Shown here: positions 9,461-19,463 of the stretch, piece after piece
Layout of the letters: each line of letters begins with the position of its first letter
How positions within the stretch are numbered: position 1 is the stretch's first letter
Origin: Saprospiraceae bacterium
GTDB taxonomy: Bacteria > Bacteroidota > Bacteroidia > Chitinophagales > Saprospiraceae
DNA length: 64,000 bases
NCBI GenBank assembly: GCA_046160625.1
Contig: JBJXGZ010000044.1
Location: 736-64,735 of the forward strand
Reading direction: 5' to 3'
Program-made: the position numbers and the translations under genes
The notes under the pieces: generated by a model
The model's input: the letters and a program-made list of their open reading frames with translations, nothing else
The model's database searches: none
What the model was told of the DNA's origin: nothing

Positions 9461-10744
9461 ATGCTCAACCGTAAATCTGCCCCAGATATCTATGAAGTGC
9501 GCCATCTCGCGCTGCCGCACCCGGTGTTAAGGATGCTCGACAACGGCATTCCAGTATATGTGCTGGACTACCCCGAGCAGGAGATTGTGAAGGTGGAGGC
9601 GGTGTTCCGCGTCGGGAGGGCAGAGGAAGAAAAGCGGCTTGCATCCCGTGCTACCGCAAGACTATTGCGGGATGGTACTTTGAAAAAATCAGGCGCGGAG
9701 ATCGCAGAACATCTTGATTTCTATGGCGCAACGCTAACGATGCCCAGCAATTTGGACACCTCGAGTTTTGTTCTTTTTTCCTTAAAAAAATATGCTCACG
9801 AGGTGATCCCAACCTTTGCTGAAATGCTCCACTCGCCGTCATTTCCAGAAGATGAGCTGGAAAACTATCGTCGCACAAGCATTCAGGAACTAATGGTCGA
9901 ACTCGAAAAGGGGGAGACTGTGGCATATCGGAAAGTGACCGAACTGATTTTTGGAGAACAACACCCCTACGGTTACAATTCCATGCCTGAGGACTATGAA
10001 GCGATTCAAAGGGCTGACCTTCAGCATTTTTTCAATACCTGGTACACGCCCAACAATTGCATTCTTTTTGCCAGTGGACGTATTGACGAGGAGATATTAA
10101 CCATGCTGAACCATCATTTCGGCAAACAGAACCCGGCACATTCCAGCAAACCGGGACGAATAAAACACCCCGAACCTTTCAGGCGGAACACGAAACCTTC
10201 TACTATCCGCATTTCGCTCCCTAATTCGCTTCAATCGGCCATCAAAATTGGGCGCAAGCTTTTTGACCGAAATCACCCTGACTACAATGGAATGGTGGTA
10301 TTGAATACCGTTTTAGGAGGTTACTTCGGTTCGCGGCTGATGACCAATATTCGCGAAAAAAAGGGCTATACTTACAACATCTACTCCACCGTAGACGCAT
10401 ATTTGACCGATGGCTGCCTCTACATCGCTACAGAGGTCAGTCCAAAACAATCAGCCAACGCTGTACGCGCTATTTTCCGGGAAATGAAAAAACTGCGGGA
10501 AAATCCGATCCCGGAAGAAGAGCTCAGCATGGTGCGAAACTATATTCTTGGAATGTTGCTCAACGGCCTGGATGGCCCAATCAACAGTTCCGACATGGTA
10601 CGCAACCAAATTATAGAAAACCAATCGCCTGAAAAGTTTGAGGCAATGGTGCACACCATTCGTTGCATTACTGCCAATGAACTACAGGCTTTGGCACAGC
10701 AATATTTGCAATCGAAAGATTTTTGGGTGGTTACGGTGGGGTAA
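9461..10744 (+). CDS. Peptidase M16 family protein, probably a non-catalytic form
   Basis: 427-aa ORF with M16 two-domain length and layout. The position of the HxxEH zinc motif reads ...RLASRATARLLRDGT..., with no His-x-x-Glu-His. Confidence 0.7.
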   Translation: MLNRKSAPDIYEVRHLALPHPVLRMLDNGIPVYVLDYPEQEIVKVEAVFRVGRAEEEKRLASRATARLLRDGTLKKSGAEIAEHLDFYGATLTMPSNLDTSSFVLFSLKKYAHEVIPTFAEMLHSPSFPEDELENYRRTSIQELMVELEKGETVAYRKVTELIFGEQHPYGYNSMPEDYEAIQRADLQHFFNTWYTPNNCILFASGRIDEEILTMLNHHFGKQNPAHSSKPGRIKHPEPFRRNTKPSTIRISLPNSLQSAIKIGRKLFDRNHPDYNGMVVLNTVLGGYFGSRLMTNIREKKGYTYNIYSTVDAYLTDGCLYIATEVSPKQSANAVRAIFREMKKLRENPIPEEELSMVRNYILGMLLNGLDGPINSSDMVRNQIIENQSPEKFEAMVHTIRCITANELQALAQQYLQSKDFWVVTVG

Positions 10745-10971
10745 TTGGACTTTTGTCCATAGACAGTAGACATTGCATTACAATTGGTTGATAGTTGCTA
10801 GGACATGGATTTTCAATATCTCCACTAAACCCGTCCAGCGTCCATTGGCCAACGTCAAAAATCAAAGGGTCTTAATTTTTTTTGGAAAGAAATTTCGCGA
10901 AAACCTGTGTAGTTTTGCGCACTTTTTTGTCGAAATCCGATTCGATTCACAAATTCAAATAGCCCAATACT

Positions 10972-12006
10972 TTGTTCAATCTCTTTAAATTCTTTAAACA
11001 AGAACTCGCCGTTGACCTTGGCACTGCCAATACGCTCATCATGGTAGACGATCAAGTGGTAGTAGATGAGCCTTCTATCGTGGCTATGGATCGTGCAACC
11101 AAACAAACCATCGCTGTGGGCCATCGCGCCATGCAGATGCACGAAAAAACACACGAGAATATCAAGACTGTGCGCCCGCTCAAAGACGGGGTGATTGCGG
11201 ACTTTCAGGCTGCTGAGGCCATGATTCAGGGTATGATAAAAATGGTGGGACGTCGCAGAAATATGTTCAGCCACTTAAAAATGGTCATTTGTATTCCCAG
11301 CGGTATCACTGAGGTAGAAAAACGTGCTGTGTTCGATTCTGCCGATCACGTTGACAGCAAGGAAACCTATCTTATACATGAGCCAATGGCAGCCGCACTC
11401 GGCATTGGCCTCAATATTGAGGAGCCTATTGGCAACATGGTTATTGACATTGGTGGCGGCACTACGGAAATTGCTGTCATTGCACTTTCGGGCATTGTGT
11501 GCGACCAAAGTATTCGCATCGCTGGCGACGAACTGACGAACGACATTATGAACTATATGAAGCGCGAGCACAACATGCTCATTGGCGAGCGCACTGCAGA
11601 ACAGATAAAAATCAATGTCGGCTCGGCATTGCACGAACTAGACAACCCGCCACCTGATTATGCCGTGAATGGCCGCGACTTGATGACTGGCATCCCCAAA
11701 CAAATCAAAATCGGCTACCAAGAGGTGGCATATGCGCTTGATAAAAGCATTAGCAAAATCGAAGACGCCGTGCTCCGAGCCCTCGAACTCACTCCGCCCG
11801 AATTGGCCTCCGACATTTACAAAACCGGGCTTTACCTCACTGGTGGAGGAGCACTTCTGCGCGGATTGGACAAACGGCTGGAATCCAAAACCAAGTTGGA
11901 TGTTCATGTAGCAGATGATCCGCTTCGCGCTGTAGTGCGTGGCACTGGAATGGCACTGCGAAACACCCAACAGTACTCATTTTTGATTGACCGCAAAAGC
12001 GTTTAA
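10972..12006 (+). CDS. mreB: Rod-shape-determining actin homologue MreB
   Basis: Motifs LAVDLGTANTLI, DIGGGTTEIAV and GGGALLRGLD are present. The start is TTG; no in-frame ATG lies nearby. Confidence 0.95.
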   Translation: MFNLFKFFKQELAVDLGTANTLIMVDDQVVVDEPSIVAMDRATKQTIAVGHRAMQMHEKTHENIKTVRPLKDGVIADFQAAEAMIQGMIKMVGRRRNMFSHLKMVICIPSGITEVEKRAVFDSADHVDSKETYLIHEPMAAALGIGLNIEEPIGNMVIDIGGGTTEIAVIALSGIVCDQSIRIAGDELTNDIMNYMKREHNMLIGERTAEQIKINVGSALHELDNPPPDYAVNGRDLMTGIPKQIKIGYQEVAYALDKSISKIEDAVLRALELTPPELASDIYKTGLYLTGGGALLRGLDKRLESKTKLDVHVADDPLRAVVRGTGMALRNTQQYSFLIDRKSV

Positions 12007-12008
12007 TA

Positions 12009-12136
12009 GATGTATGATGTATGATGTATGATGTATGAACTATGATGTATGAGATAATAGTAATGCACCGATTTTATCTCATACATCATAGTTCATACAT
12101 CATACATCATACGTCATACGTCATACATCATAGTTC
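12009..12136 (+). repeat. Heptamer (TGTATGA) tandem arrays forming a ~49-bp stem hairpin between mreB and mreC
   Basis: The left array (12011-12052) has 6 units and the right array (12079-12134, complementary TCATACA) has 8 units. The loop is 12058-12073. The two non-Watson-Crick positions are U-G wobbles in the sense transcript. Confidence 0.9.
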
Positions 12137-12141
12137 TACCT

Positions 12142-13029
12142 ATGGGCAAGCTTCTTCAACTCCTGCTTCGAAATGGTGGCTTTGTCACCTTTCTGTTGGT
12201 AGAGATTGGATGCTTTGCTATCATGGTGAATTTCGAGACGCGACACAAGGAAATATGGGCCAATACGACCGGGATTTTTGGTGGCCGTGCGCTTGAAAAA
12301 CGCCAGATAGCTGCTGATTACTTCAGCCTTTATGAAACGGCTGACAGCCTTGCGCACATTGTGGACAGCCTGCAAGCTCGGCTCTCAAATGCCAAACAAA
12401 TGCAGGTTTCCATCCGCGACACGTTTTTCCTGGCAAACTATGATTCGCTATCGAAAACGGACTCAGTACGTCGCAAAACCATTCGCCCGCAGTACGAATT
12501 TATTACTGCGAAATCCATTAAAAATTCCATCGCAGGCACGAACAATTGGTTGATAATCAACAGAGGGAGTGTGGATGGTATCCAAGCAGATATGGCCGTT
12601 GTAAGCGCGGAAGGCATCGTGGGCATCGTACGCCATGTGGGTACCAACTTCTCCCTGGTTATGTCAATATTGCACCTGCAATCCAAAATATCCGTGGCTT
12701 TGCCAAATCAGAAAAACGCATTTGGTTCGCTAACCTGGGAAGGCGGGAATCCAAATGAGATGATGCTTCGATACATCCCTCAACACTTTATTGTCAAAGA
12801 CAAAGAACCGGTGGTGACAAGCGGATATTCCCTGATGTTCCCGCAGGGTCACCCCGTTGGCAAAGTCAAGGGCAAGCCCAAGCCGGATCCCGAAAACCCC
12901 TATTTTTTGGAAATCACAGTAATCCTCAGTCAAGACATGGCAACTGTGCGTGATGTAGCCGTGGTAAAGAATCTTTTTAAAGCCGAACTAGACAGCCTTC
13001 AACTTAAGATCAGCCCCCATGAACGGTAG
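12142..13029 (+). CDS. mreC: Rod-shape-determining protein MreC
   Basis: 295 aa with an N-terminal TM segment. It lies between mreB and mreD. The C-terminal beta-rich domain contains GIVGIV and PVVTSG segments. Confidence 0.85.
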   Translation: MGKLLQLLLRNGGFVTFLLVEIGCFAIMVNFETRHKEIWANTTGIFGGRALEKRQIAADYFSLYETADSLAHIVDSLQARLSNAKQMQVSIRDTFFLANYDSLSKTDSVRRKTIRPQYEFITAKSIKNSIAGTNNWLIINRGSVDGIQADMAVVSAEGIVGIVRHVGTNFSLVMSILHLQSKISVALPNQKNAFGSLTWEGGNPNEMMLRYIPQHFIVKDKEPVVTSGYSLMFPQGHPVGKVKGKPKPDPENPYFLEITVILSQDMATVRDVAVVKNLFKAELDSLQLKISPHER

Positions 13030-13540
13030 CAATATCACGCCTAATATTTTGAGATTCATAGGGTTGGTAGCCGTTCAGCTGCTGCTGCTCAATCAAATGA
13101 CGAACACGGTGGGGGAGTATTTCAACGTATTGCTCTACCCGCTATTTATCCTTTTTTTGCCATTGCAGCTACCTACGCCCTACCTGATATTGCTGGGTTT
13201 TGCAGTAGGTTTTACCTTGGACGCATCCCTTGGTACTTGGGGAGTGCATGCGAGCGCAGGAGCGTTCAGCGGATTTATGCGCAGCATTGCTTTCTGGCCT
13301 TTTGCACCTAAGGGCGGGTTTTCTTCCAAAGATCCAATTTTCGCCCCGGCGCACATGGGTTGGCAAACGTTCTTGCAGGGAACGGCCCTTTTCATGGCGT
13401 TCCATATTTTATGGTATTTTACGTTTAGTTATTTTGCTCCGGTCTTTGGCTGGGAGATTTTGAAAAAAACGGTGACGTCATGGGTATTCACCATGATATT
13501 TGTACCACTTTACGTTGCAATGTTCAACCCGAAGAAGTAA
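13019..13540 (+). CDS. mreD: Rod-shape-determining protein MreD
   Basis: 173-aa polytopic membrane protein. It overlaps the end of mreC by 11 nt, in the conserved mreBCD order. Confidence 0.75.
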   Translation: MNGSNITPNILRFIGLVAVQLLLLNQMTNTVGEYFNVLLYPLFILFLPLQLPTPYLILLGFAVGFTLDASLGTWGVHASAGAFSGFMRSIAFWPFAPKGGFSSKDPIFAPAHMGWQTFLQGTALFMAFHILWYFTFSYFAPVFGWEILKKTVTSWVFTMIFVPLYVAMFNPKK

Positions 13541-13551
13541 CTATTACGCTT

Positions 13552-15555
13552 ATGAAATACGGCCTTGACCGACAGCGCAATATCCAGATCGTTTTTTTGG
13601 CTTGCTCCATTGTGTTGGTGCTACAGGCAGCCAACCTGCAGCTGCTAAATAGATCTTATGCCGAATTGGCGGACGCTACTGCCATTGAAGAACTTACAGT
13701 GTACCCGCCCCGTGGCATTATCTATGACCGAAATGAAGAACGCATTGTGAACAATGAGGCAACGTTCGATTTGATGGTGACCTATAACCAGATGGATTTG
13801 AAGAAGATGGACGTGGCAAAGTTTTGTAGCATCTTGGGTATCAAAGAGGATGATTTCAAACGGAATTTGGACAAGGATTGGCGGAGCGGGAAATTCTCTA
13901 AATCAGTGCCCTTTGTTTTTTTGAAAAAAATATCGCCCGAAAAAAATGCCCGGCTTTTGGAAAGCCAGTATGAATTTCCAGGCTTTTTTGTGCAAGCCCG
14001 GAGCATTCGCGGCTACCCTTTTAATGCCGGCGCACACGTATTGGGCTACATTAACGAGGTGGATCCGCGCGATATAGAGCGAAACAAGGGCAAATACCAA
14101 ACTGGCGACTATATCGGAGCAGCCGGCCTGGAATTTGGTTATGAAGACTATTTAAGGGGCAAAAAAGGCATTACCAACCTGCTGCGCGACAATCTGGGGC
14201 GCATTGTCGGAAAATACAGACATGGAGAACGCGACTCGGCTGCAATAGCCGGAAAAGATTTGGTGTCGAGCATTGACATTCAGCTACAAGCTTATGGTGA
14301 AAAACTGATGGCCAATAAAACGGGAAGTGTAGTAGCCATAGACCCCAAAACAGGACAGATACTGGCCATGATTAGCGCCCCGACCTATAACCCCAATTTG
14401 TTGGTGATGACCAATGAACGCGGGCAAGAGTTCAGCCGGCTTCTCACAGACCCCCTCCGTTATTTTTTCGATCGCACTGTGATGGCTAAGTACCCACCGG
14501 GGTCCATTTTTAAAACGGTGGTTTCACTTATAGGATTGCAAGAGGGTGTAATCAATATAGATGGGGGGTTCAATTGCTCGGGAGGCTATTTCTACGCTGG
14601 CAGACTTTATAAATGCCATCATAGCGGTCACTTGAATGGTGTAGTGGATGCGCTTGCACATTCCTGTAACACTTATTACATGAACAAGTACCGCGATGAA
14701 ATAGACAAGTTTGGATACAACAACCCGCAGGCTGGGCTTGATTTGTTCAACAAATACATGGTCCAGTTTGGCTTCGGTCAAAAACTTGGCATTGATTATC
14801 CCAACGAAAACCCGGGAGGTTTCCCGACTTCGGCCTACTATGACAAGTTGTATCCCAAAAACGAGGGTGGTTGGCATTCTCCTACTATTATGTCCTGCGG
14901 CATCGGGCAAGGCGAGTTGCAACTAACCACGCTGCAAATGGCAAACCTTGCAGCATGTCTCGCCAATCGGGGCTATTGGTATCCGCCCCATTTGATCAAA
15001 GAGTTTAAAGACGGGACTCCCATCCCCGAACGCTTCTACGAAAAGCATGAGGTGGGCGTTGACCGGCGGCATTTTGAAACAGTGGTTGAGGGGATGCACC
15101 AATGTGTTGTACGCGGCACCGCTCGTATTGCGCAAGTGCCCGGTGTGGCTGTTTGCGGCAAGACTGGCACGAGCCAAAACCCTCATGGGGATGACCACTC
15201 GGTGTTTTTTGCTTTCGCGCCAAAGGAAAACCCGAAAATCGCCATTGCGGTATACGTCGAAAACGCCGGCTGGGGAGCTTCCTATGCAGCACCAATTGCC
15301 GGCTTGATGATCGAAAAAATGCTCAATGACACCATTTCTGCCGATCGTCTTTATATCGAAGAGCGCATGGTTAATGCTGACCTTACTTCTAAAATTTTGG
15401 CAAACCGGGCACAAGAAAAAATACAGGCCAAACTACCAAAGCCTAAACCTGACTCGCTCCCGGACCCGGCTAAAATACCGACTGAAATACCGGATGCGGT
15501 GACCCAAAAGGGGGCAAAGCCACAAAACGCGAAACCACAAAACAATCGGAAGTAA
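13552..15555 (+). CDS. mrdA: Penicillin-binding protein 2 (elongasome transpeptidase)
   Basis: Internal ATG gives MKYGLDRQRNIQIVFLACSIV, a TM anchor. Motifs SxxK (GSIFK), SxN (SCN) and KTG (GKTGTS) are present. The C-terminal tail is low-complexity and P/K-rich. Confidence 0.9.
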   Translation: MKYGLDRQRNIQIVFLACSIVLVLQAANLQLLNRSYAELADATAIEELTVYPPRGIIYDRNEERIVNNEATFDLMVTYNQMDLKKMDVAKFCSILGIKEDDFKRNLDKDWRSGKFSKSVPFVFLKKISPEKNARLLESQYEFPGFFVQARSIRGYPFNAGAHVLGYINEVDPRDIERNKGKYQTGDYIGAAGLEFGYEDYLRGKKGITNLLRDNLGRIVGKYRHGERDSAAIAGKDLVSSIDIQLQAYGEKLMANKTGSVVAIDPKTGQILAMISAPTYNPNLLVMTNERGQEFSRLLTDPLRYFFDRTVMAKYPPGSIFKTVVSLIGLQEGVINIDGGFNCSGGYFYAGRLYKCHHSGHLNGVVDALAHSCNTYYMNKYRDEIDKFGYNNPQAGLDLFNKYMVQFGFGQKLGIDYPNENPGGFPTSAYYDKLYPKNEGGWHSPTIMSCGIGQGELQLTTLQMANLAACLANRGYWYPPHLIKEFKDGTPIPERFYEKHEVGVDRRHFETVVEGMHQCVVRGTARIAQVPGVAVCGKTGTSQNPHGDDHSVFFAFAPKENPKIAIAVYVENAGWGASYAAPIAGLMIEKMLNDTISADRLYIEERMVNADLTSKILANRAQEKIQAKLPKPKPDSLPDPAKIPTEIPDAVTQKGAKPQNAKPQNNRK

Positions 15556-15562
15556 CAAAATT

Positions 15563-15599
15563 AAAATCCCCCGCAAACATAGTGTTTGCGGGGGATTTT
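15563..15599. terminator. Bidirectional intrinsic terminator
   Basis: aaaatcccccgcaaaca...tgtttgcgggggatttt forms a 17-bp GC-rich stem with A/T flanks, between convergent stops at 15555 and 15629. Confidence 0.85.
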
Positions 15600-15628
15600 A
15601 ATTTAATAAAGCATTGATTCAGTCTGTT

Positions 15629-16414
15629 TTATTTCAATTTCACTTTTGCTGCCACGGATGCTTTCTGCTTCATCTGTTCTTCGTCGAAAGGTTTTAGGTT
15701 GATGGTCAAGGTGTGCCCGTTGTCGCTGATTTCACCCAATTTGTTGTCAGACTTTTTCACCACGCGGTCAGGGAAGTGATAAATCTGCTTGTAGCTCATG
15801 TCGGCCAGGAACATTTTCACCATATCCATACTTCCTTCTTCCCCTTCTTCTTCACCACTATTATCCATCATTGCTTTTTGCATTTCTTTTCCGAGGTCGC
15901 CCGTACCGAGGCGTTCGAAACTCTTGCCTTTGAAGCGGAACACCTCTTCCACCTTGGTTTCGTACTTGTCTTTGTTGATGATTTTGAGGGCGCGATTAAG
16001 CGAAGCCATGTCGGCAAAATCAAAAGAATAGCCAAAACTTAAGGTGCTGGTATCCTTGATTTCTACCACGTTGGTAATGCCTTCTACACCCTGGATCGTC
16101 GAAGCTACGCTGCTCATTTGATCGCCGAGCCCCCCCATGGGGTCTTCTGCTGGAGCGGCATCTGAGGGAGGCGTGTAATCGCCCTCGCCCTGGATGGCTG
16201 TGGAGTCAGCGCCCATGTTCATAGCGGTGCTGTCCCCGCCCATGTTTTTTACCATGTCCATCATACCCTTCATTTCGCTCATGTCGAGCGTCATTTTATA
16301 GGTACCTGAACCATTACTGCGGAATGTTGCTTCCTCAATAATATGTAGGCAACCGGTGAGCGCAGTCACGCTTATAGTAAGCACGGCGAGAAACAGATTT
16401 TTCAAATTTTTCAT
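15629..16414 (-). CDS. Lipoprotein of unknown function, Met-rich segment
   Basis: Internal ATG gives MKNLKNLFLAVLTISVTALTGC, a lipobox. A Met-rich stretch reads MTLDMSEMKGMMDMVKNMGGDSTAMNMGADS. Confidence 0.65.
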   Translation of the reverse strand: MKNLKNLFLAVLTISVTALTGCLHIIEEATFRSNGSGTYKMTLDMSEMKGMMDMVKNMGGDSTAMNMGADSTAIQGEGDYTPPSDAAPAEDPMGGLGDQMSSVASTIQGVEGITNVVEIKDTSTLSFGYSFDFADMASLNRALKIINKDKYETKVEEVFRFKGKSFERLGTGDLGKEMQKAMMDNSGEEEGEEGSMDMVKMFLADMSYKQIYHFPDRVVKKSDNKLGEISDNGHTLTINLKPFDEEQMKQKASVAAKVKLK

Positions 16415-16544
16415 TGAATATGAGATAGTTGTTAAATGAAACGGATTGATATCCGCCAAAATTTTGCGAAAGGTCTGATTTTTATTTCAGCCGATCTTTG
16501 TGTTTTGGACAGATTGATGCTTTTGATTCGATGGAAAGTCGTTA

Positions 16545-19463
16545 TTATTCAATCACAAATTCCCGCTCCACGGTTTTTCCGCTTTTTTCGAACACCAAAG
16601 TATAAACACCTTTTTGGAGGTATCGTTTTCCGGTGTCAGCCTTTTCGATATCCAACAACTTTTTTGAGTCTTTCTGGGCGGCTTGAAGTGCTTCAAGATA
16701 TTTTTTCAATACATCCTCCTTGAAGTCAAGTGTAAAGTTCCACTTATTGAGGCCTTTTGAGCAGTCAATCTGCCCACTGTTCAACATCAATCCGCTTTCC
16801 TTGTGTTTCAGCAACCACGATGCTTTTCCTGCTGTTTTGGCGAAAAACCAAATGGGAAATTCCGGGTCTTTCGCTTCTTTGTATGGTTGCTTTTTGCCCC
16901 AGTTTTTCGAAAACTTTTTCTTTTTCAAGTCAAAAACCTGAATATCTGCAAGCAATGCTTCGAGCGTCAATTTCTGAATATTGGAAATGTCGGCCTTAAA
17001 CATGGATCGTCCGTGGGTGCCAATGACCAACTCGTTCGCTTTAGCTTGGATAGCAAGGTCATGGACGGGCACATCAGGAAAGTCGGCGCTCAGGGTCTGA
17101 AAGGATTGACCGGCATCCAGCGATACATAAACATTGTGATCTGTGCCGACATAAAGGATATTGGCATTTGAAGGATCTTCAATCACCACATTGATTGGTT
17201 CGAATGGCAGATCCAAGCCAAGGCGTTCCCAATGTTGACCATAATCTTGCGAAACATATAGGTAGGGCGTGAAATCATCCCAGCGATAGCCATTCAACGC
17301 TGCATACACTCGCCCGCGCTCATGGGAAGAGGCTTGCACCCGGCTCACCCAGAGGTTTTGGATCAAACTATCAGAAATCTTTGTCCAGGTTTCGCCCCCA
17401 TCGCGGGTAACATGGATAAGGCCGTCATCAGAACCTGCATAGAGCAGGCCAAATTTCAAAGGACTTTCGCAGATGCTCGTGAGTGTTCCATAGGGCACAT
17501 TTCCAGCCTTTCCGCCCAATGTAAGCTCACCCGAAATGGCTTCCCAGTCGTTGCCTTTGTTGAAGGATCGGTAAACCTTGTTTGCACCAAAATACAACAC
17601 GTCCTGCTGGTGGCGGCTGAGCCAAATAGGACTTTGCCAATTGAACCTAAGCGGTCTTTCGCCCAACTCGTGTTTGGGAGTGATTGGCTTTGTATCGCCT
17701 GTTAATTTATTGATTCTGAAATAATTGCCAAATTGAAAGCCCGTGTAGACGGTGTTGTTGTCGCGGGAATCTACTTGTATCTGCATCCCATCGCCTCCAA
17801 TAAGTTCCTTATACGGGTATTGCCCCGTTTGATGCCAACCGGTAGAGGCTTCGTAATAGCTGGAACCGACCCAGACACCGTTGTCCTGTGCACCGCCGTA
17901 AACATTGTACGGTTCGGCCTCGTCGGTCGTGATTGCATAGAATTGCCCGACCGCAGGAGTATTGCATTTAGCCCAGGAATCGCCGTTGTCCCAGGAAATA
18001 TTAAGCCCACCGTCGTTGCCATTCACGAGATGGCCGGGGCGAGCGGGGTTGAGCCAGAGTGCGTGGTGATCAACGTGCACGTTATCGCCGTTGATGTTCT
18101 TCCAGGATTTGCCTCCATCGTCGGAACGGATGATAAAAAATCCGATCATATACACCTTGTCTGCATCTTCTGGCAGACAACGCACATTGGCAAAGTAGTA
18201 GCCATAAGTAAAGTACATCTGCTCAATGTCATTGTCATGGGTACGCTTCCAGGTTGTGCCGCCATCGTCAGAACGATAGAGTTCAGCGCCGATGAAATCA
18301 GTCTCAAACAAACGGCTGTTTGCATCTTCGAGATATTCAACGAGTGCATTGGGTTTGAGTTTGTCTTTCTCAACCAAGCCCTTGATTTTCTTGGCATTGT
18401 ATTTTTCGGGGAAATCATTTTGCTTCAAATATTCCCCTATTTTCTCATCGGATAGTTTCAAAAAATCCTCCTTTGAAATGCTGCGCAACTGGTCTTTTGT
18501 CAAAACATCCTCTTTGGGCTTATCTACCTTTTTAGGTTTGGAATTTTGATTGTCCAGGCAGGCATACAGCACCGTTTTTCCATTTTTCTTACCGGCGGAA
18601 AGCCCGATGCGACCAATTTTTTCGCCTGTTGGGAACCCGCTTGCCGGGGTGCTGGATTTGGACCAGGTGCTGCCGCCATCGGTGCTTTTCCAGATACCTG
18701 ATCCCTCCCCTGCCCCATCGAAATCCCAGGCACGGCGACTGCGCTCCCAGGTAGCAGCAAAAAGCGTTATTGCATCATTTTTATCCGCCGAAGCCTCAGC
18801 ATAGGAGGATGGGTCAATTACAAGATCAATACCACCACTGTTTTCGTTGACAAACAGGGTTTTTTGCCAGGTTTTTCCTCCGTCGGTGGTTTTGAAAATA
18901 CCTCGCTCGGCATTGGGAGAGTAGAGGTGCCCCAAAACAGCTACCCAAAGCGTGTTTGGGTCTGAGGGGTGAAGCACAATGCGTGCGATGTGGTGACTTT
19001 CAGGCAGGCCGCGCCAATCCCAGGTTTTGCCGTTGTCGGCGCTACGATAGAGGCCCGTGCCTGCGTAGGAGGAGCGGCTGCTATTTGCTTCGCCTGTGCC
19101 GACCCAAAGGACACGGTTGTTCCAATCCACGGCGATATCGCCAATGGTCATGCTGGCTTCGTGGTCGAAAATTGGGTCGAATTTAGTGCCATTGCTCGTG
19201 CTGTGCCAAAGACCGCCGGAAGCATAGGCGACATAAATTTCAGTAGGATCGGCCGGATTTACGTCCAGATCGGTGATACGGCAGGAAAAAACCGAAGGGC
19301 CGATGTTGATCGGGCTGACCGAGGAGAGCAAAGAATTGTTTTTTAGCAGTTTGCGCTGCTCAAAACCTTTCAGGCGAGCGTCGGCTGGTGTGGCCGGAGG
19401 CTGGGCGTTAACGATGAAGGATGAACTAAAAACTAAGAGGACAAGGGTTAGGTATTTCCGCAT
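16545..19463 (-). CDS. BNR/Asp-box repeat protein, sortilin/VPS10-like
   Basis: 972 aa with signal peptide MRKYLTLVLLVFSSSFIVNAQ. At least 8 Asp-box motifs (SxDxGxTW) are present: SADNGKTW, TTDGGKTW, STDGGSTW, SDDGGTTW, SDDGGKSW, TRDGGETW and others. Confidence 0.85.
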   Translation of the reverse strand: MRKYLTLVLLVFSSSFIVNAQPPATPADARLKGFEQRKLLKNNSLLSSVSPINIGPSVFSCRITDLDVNPADPTEIYVAYASGGLWHSTSNGTKFDPIFDHEASMTIGDIAVDWNNRVLWVGTGEANSSRSSYAGTGLYRSADNGKTWDWRGLPESHHIARIVLHPSDPNTLWVAVLGHLYSPNAERGIFKTTDGGKTWQKTLFVNENSGGIDLVIDPSSYAEASADKNDAITLFAATWERSRRAWDFDGAGEGSGIWKSTDGGSTWSKSSTPASGFPTGEKIGRIGLSAGKKNGKTVLYACLDNQNSKPKKVDKPKEDVLTKDQLRSISKEDFLKLSDEKIGEYLKQNDFPEKYNAKKIKGLVEKDKLKPNALVEYLEDANSRLFETDFIGAELYRSDDGGTTWKRTHDNDIEQMYFTYGYYFANVRCLPEDADKVYMIGFFIIRSDDGGKSWKNINGDNVHVDHHALWLNPARPGHLVNGNDGGLNISWDNGDSWAKCNTPAVGQFYAITTDEAEPYNVYGGAQDNGVWVGSSYYEASTGWHQTGQYPYKELIGGDGMQIQVDSRDNNTVYTGFQFGNYFRINKLTGDTKPITPKHELGERPLRFNWQSPIWLSRHQQDVLYFGANKVYRSFNKGNDWEAISGELTLGGKAGNVPYGTLTSICESPLKFGLLYAGSDDGLIHVTRDGGETWTKISDSLIQNLWVSRVQASSHERGRVYAALNGYRWDDFTPYLYVSQDYGQHWERLGLDLPFEPINVVIEDPSNANILYVGTDHNVYVSLDAGQSFQTLSADFPDVPVHDLAIQAKANELVIGTHGRSMFKADISNIQKLTLEALLADIQVFDLKKKKFSKNWGKKQPYKEAKDPEFPIWFFAKTAGKASWLLKHKESGLMLNSGQIDCSKGLNKWNFTLDFKEDVLKKYLEALQAAQKDSKKLLDIEKADTGKRYLQKGVYTLVFEKSGKTVEREFVIE

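Noticed and set aside
12009-12136. Tandem 7-8 nt arrays, here and at 43976-44060, considered as possible CRISPR arrays.
   Set aside because: The units are 7-8 nt with no spacers and no cas genes. The arrays are self-complementary hairpin arms, not repeat-spacer structures.
12042-12296. An 84-aa ORF (MMYEIIVMHRFYLIHHSSYIIHHTSYVIHH...), and the N-terminal extensions of ORFs 43950-44939, 25115-26281 and 23204-24319.
   Set aside because: These peptides are direct translations of the repeat hairpins. Downstream internal start codons give conventional N-termini (MreC, EamA, HtrA-like, CtaA).
15556-15628. Absence of rodA after mrdA, and of batB-E after batA, considered as possible operon truncations.
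   Set aside because: Both operons end at clean hairpins with convergent neighbours. The missing genes may simply lie elsewhere in the genome, which cannot be judged from one window.
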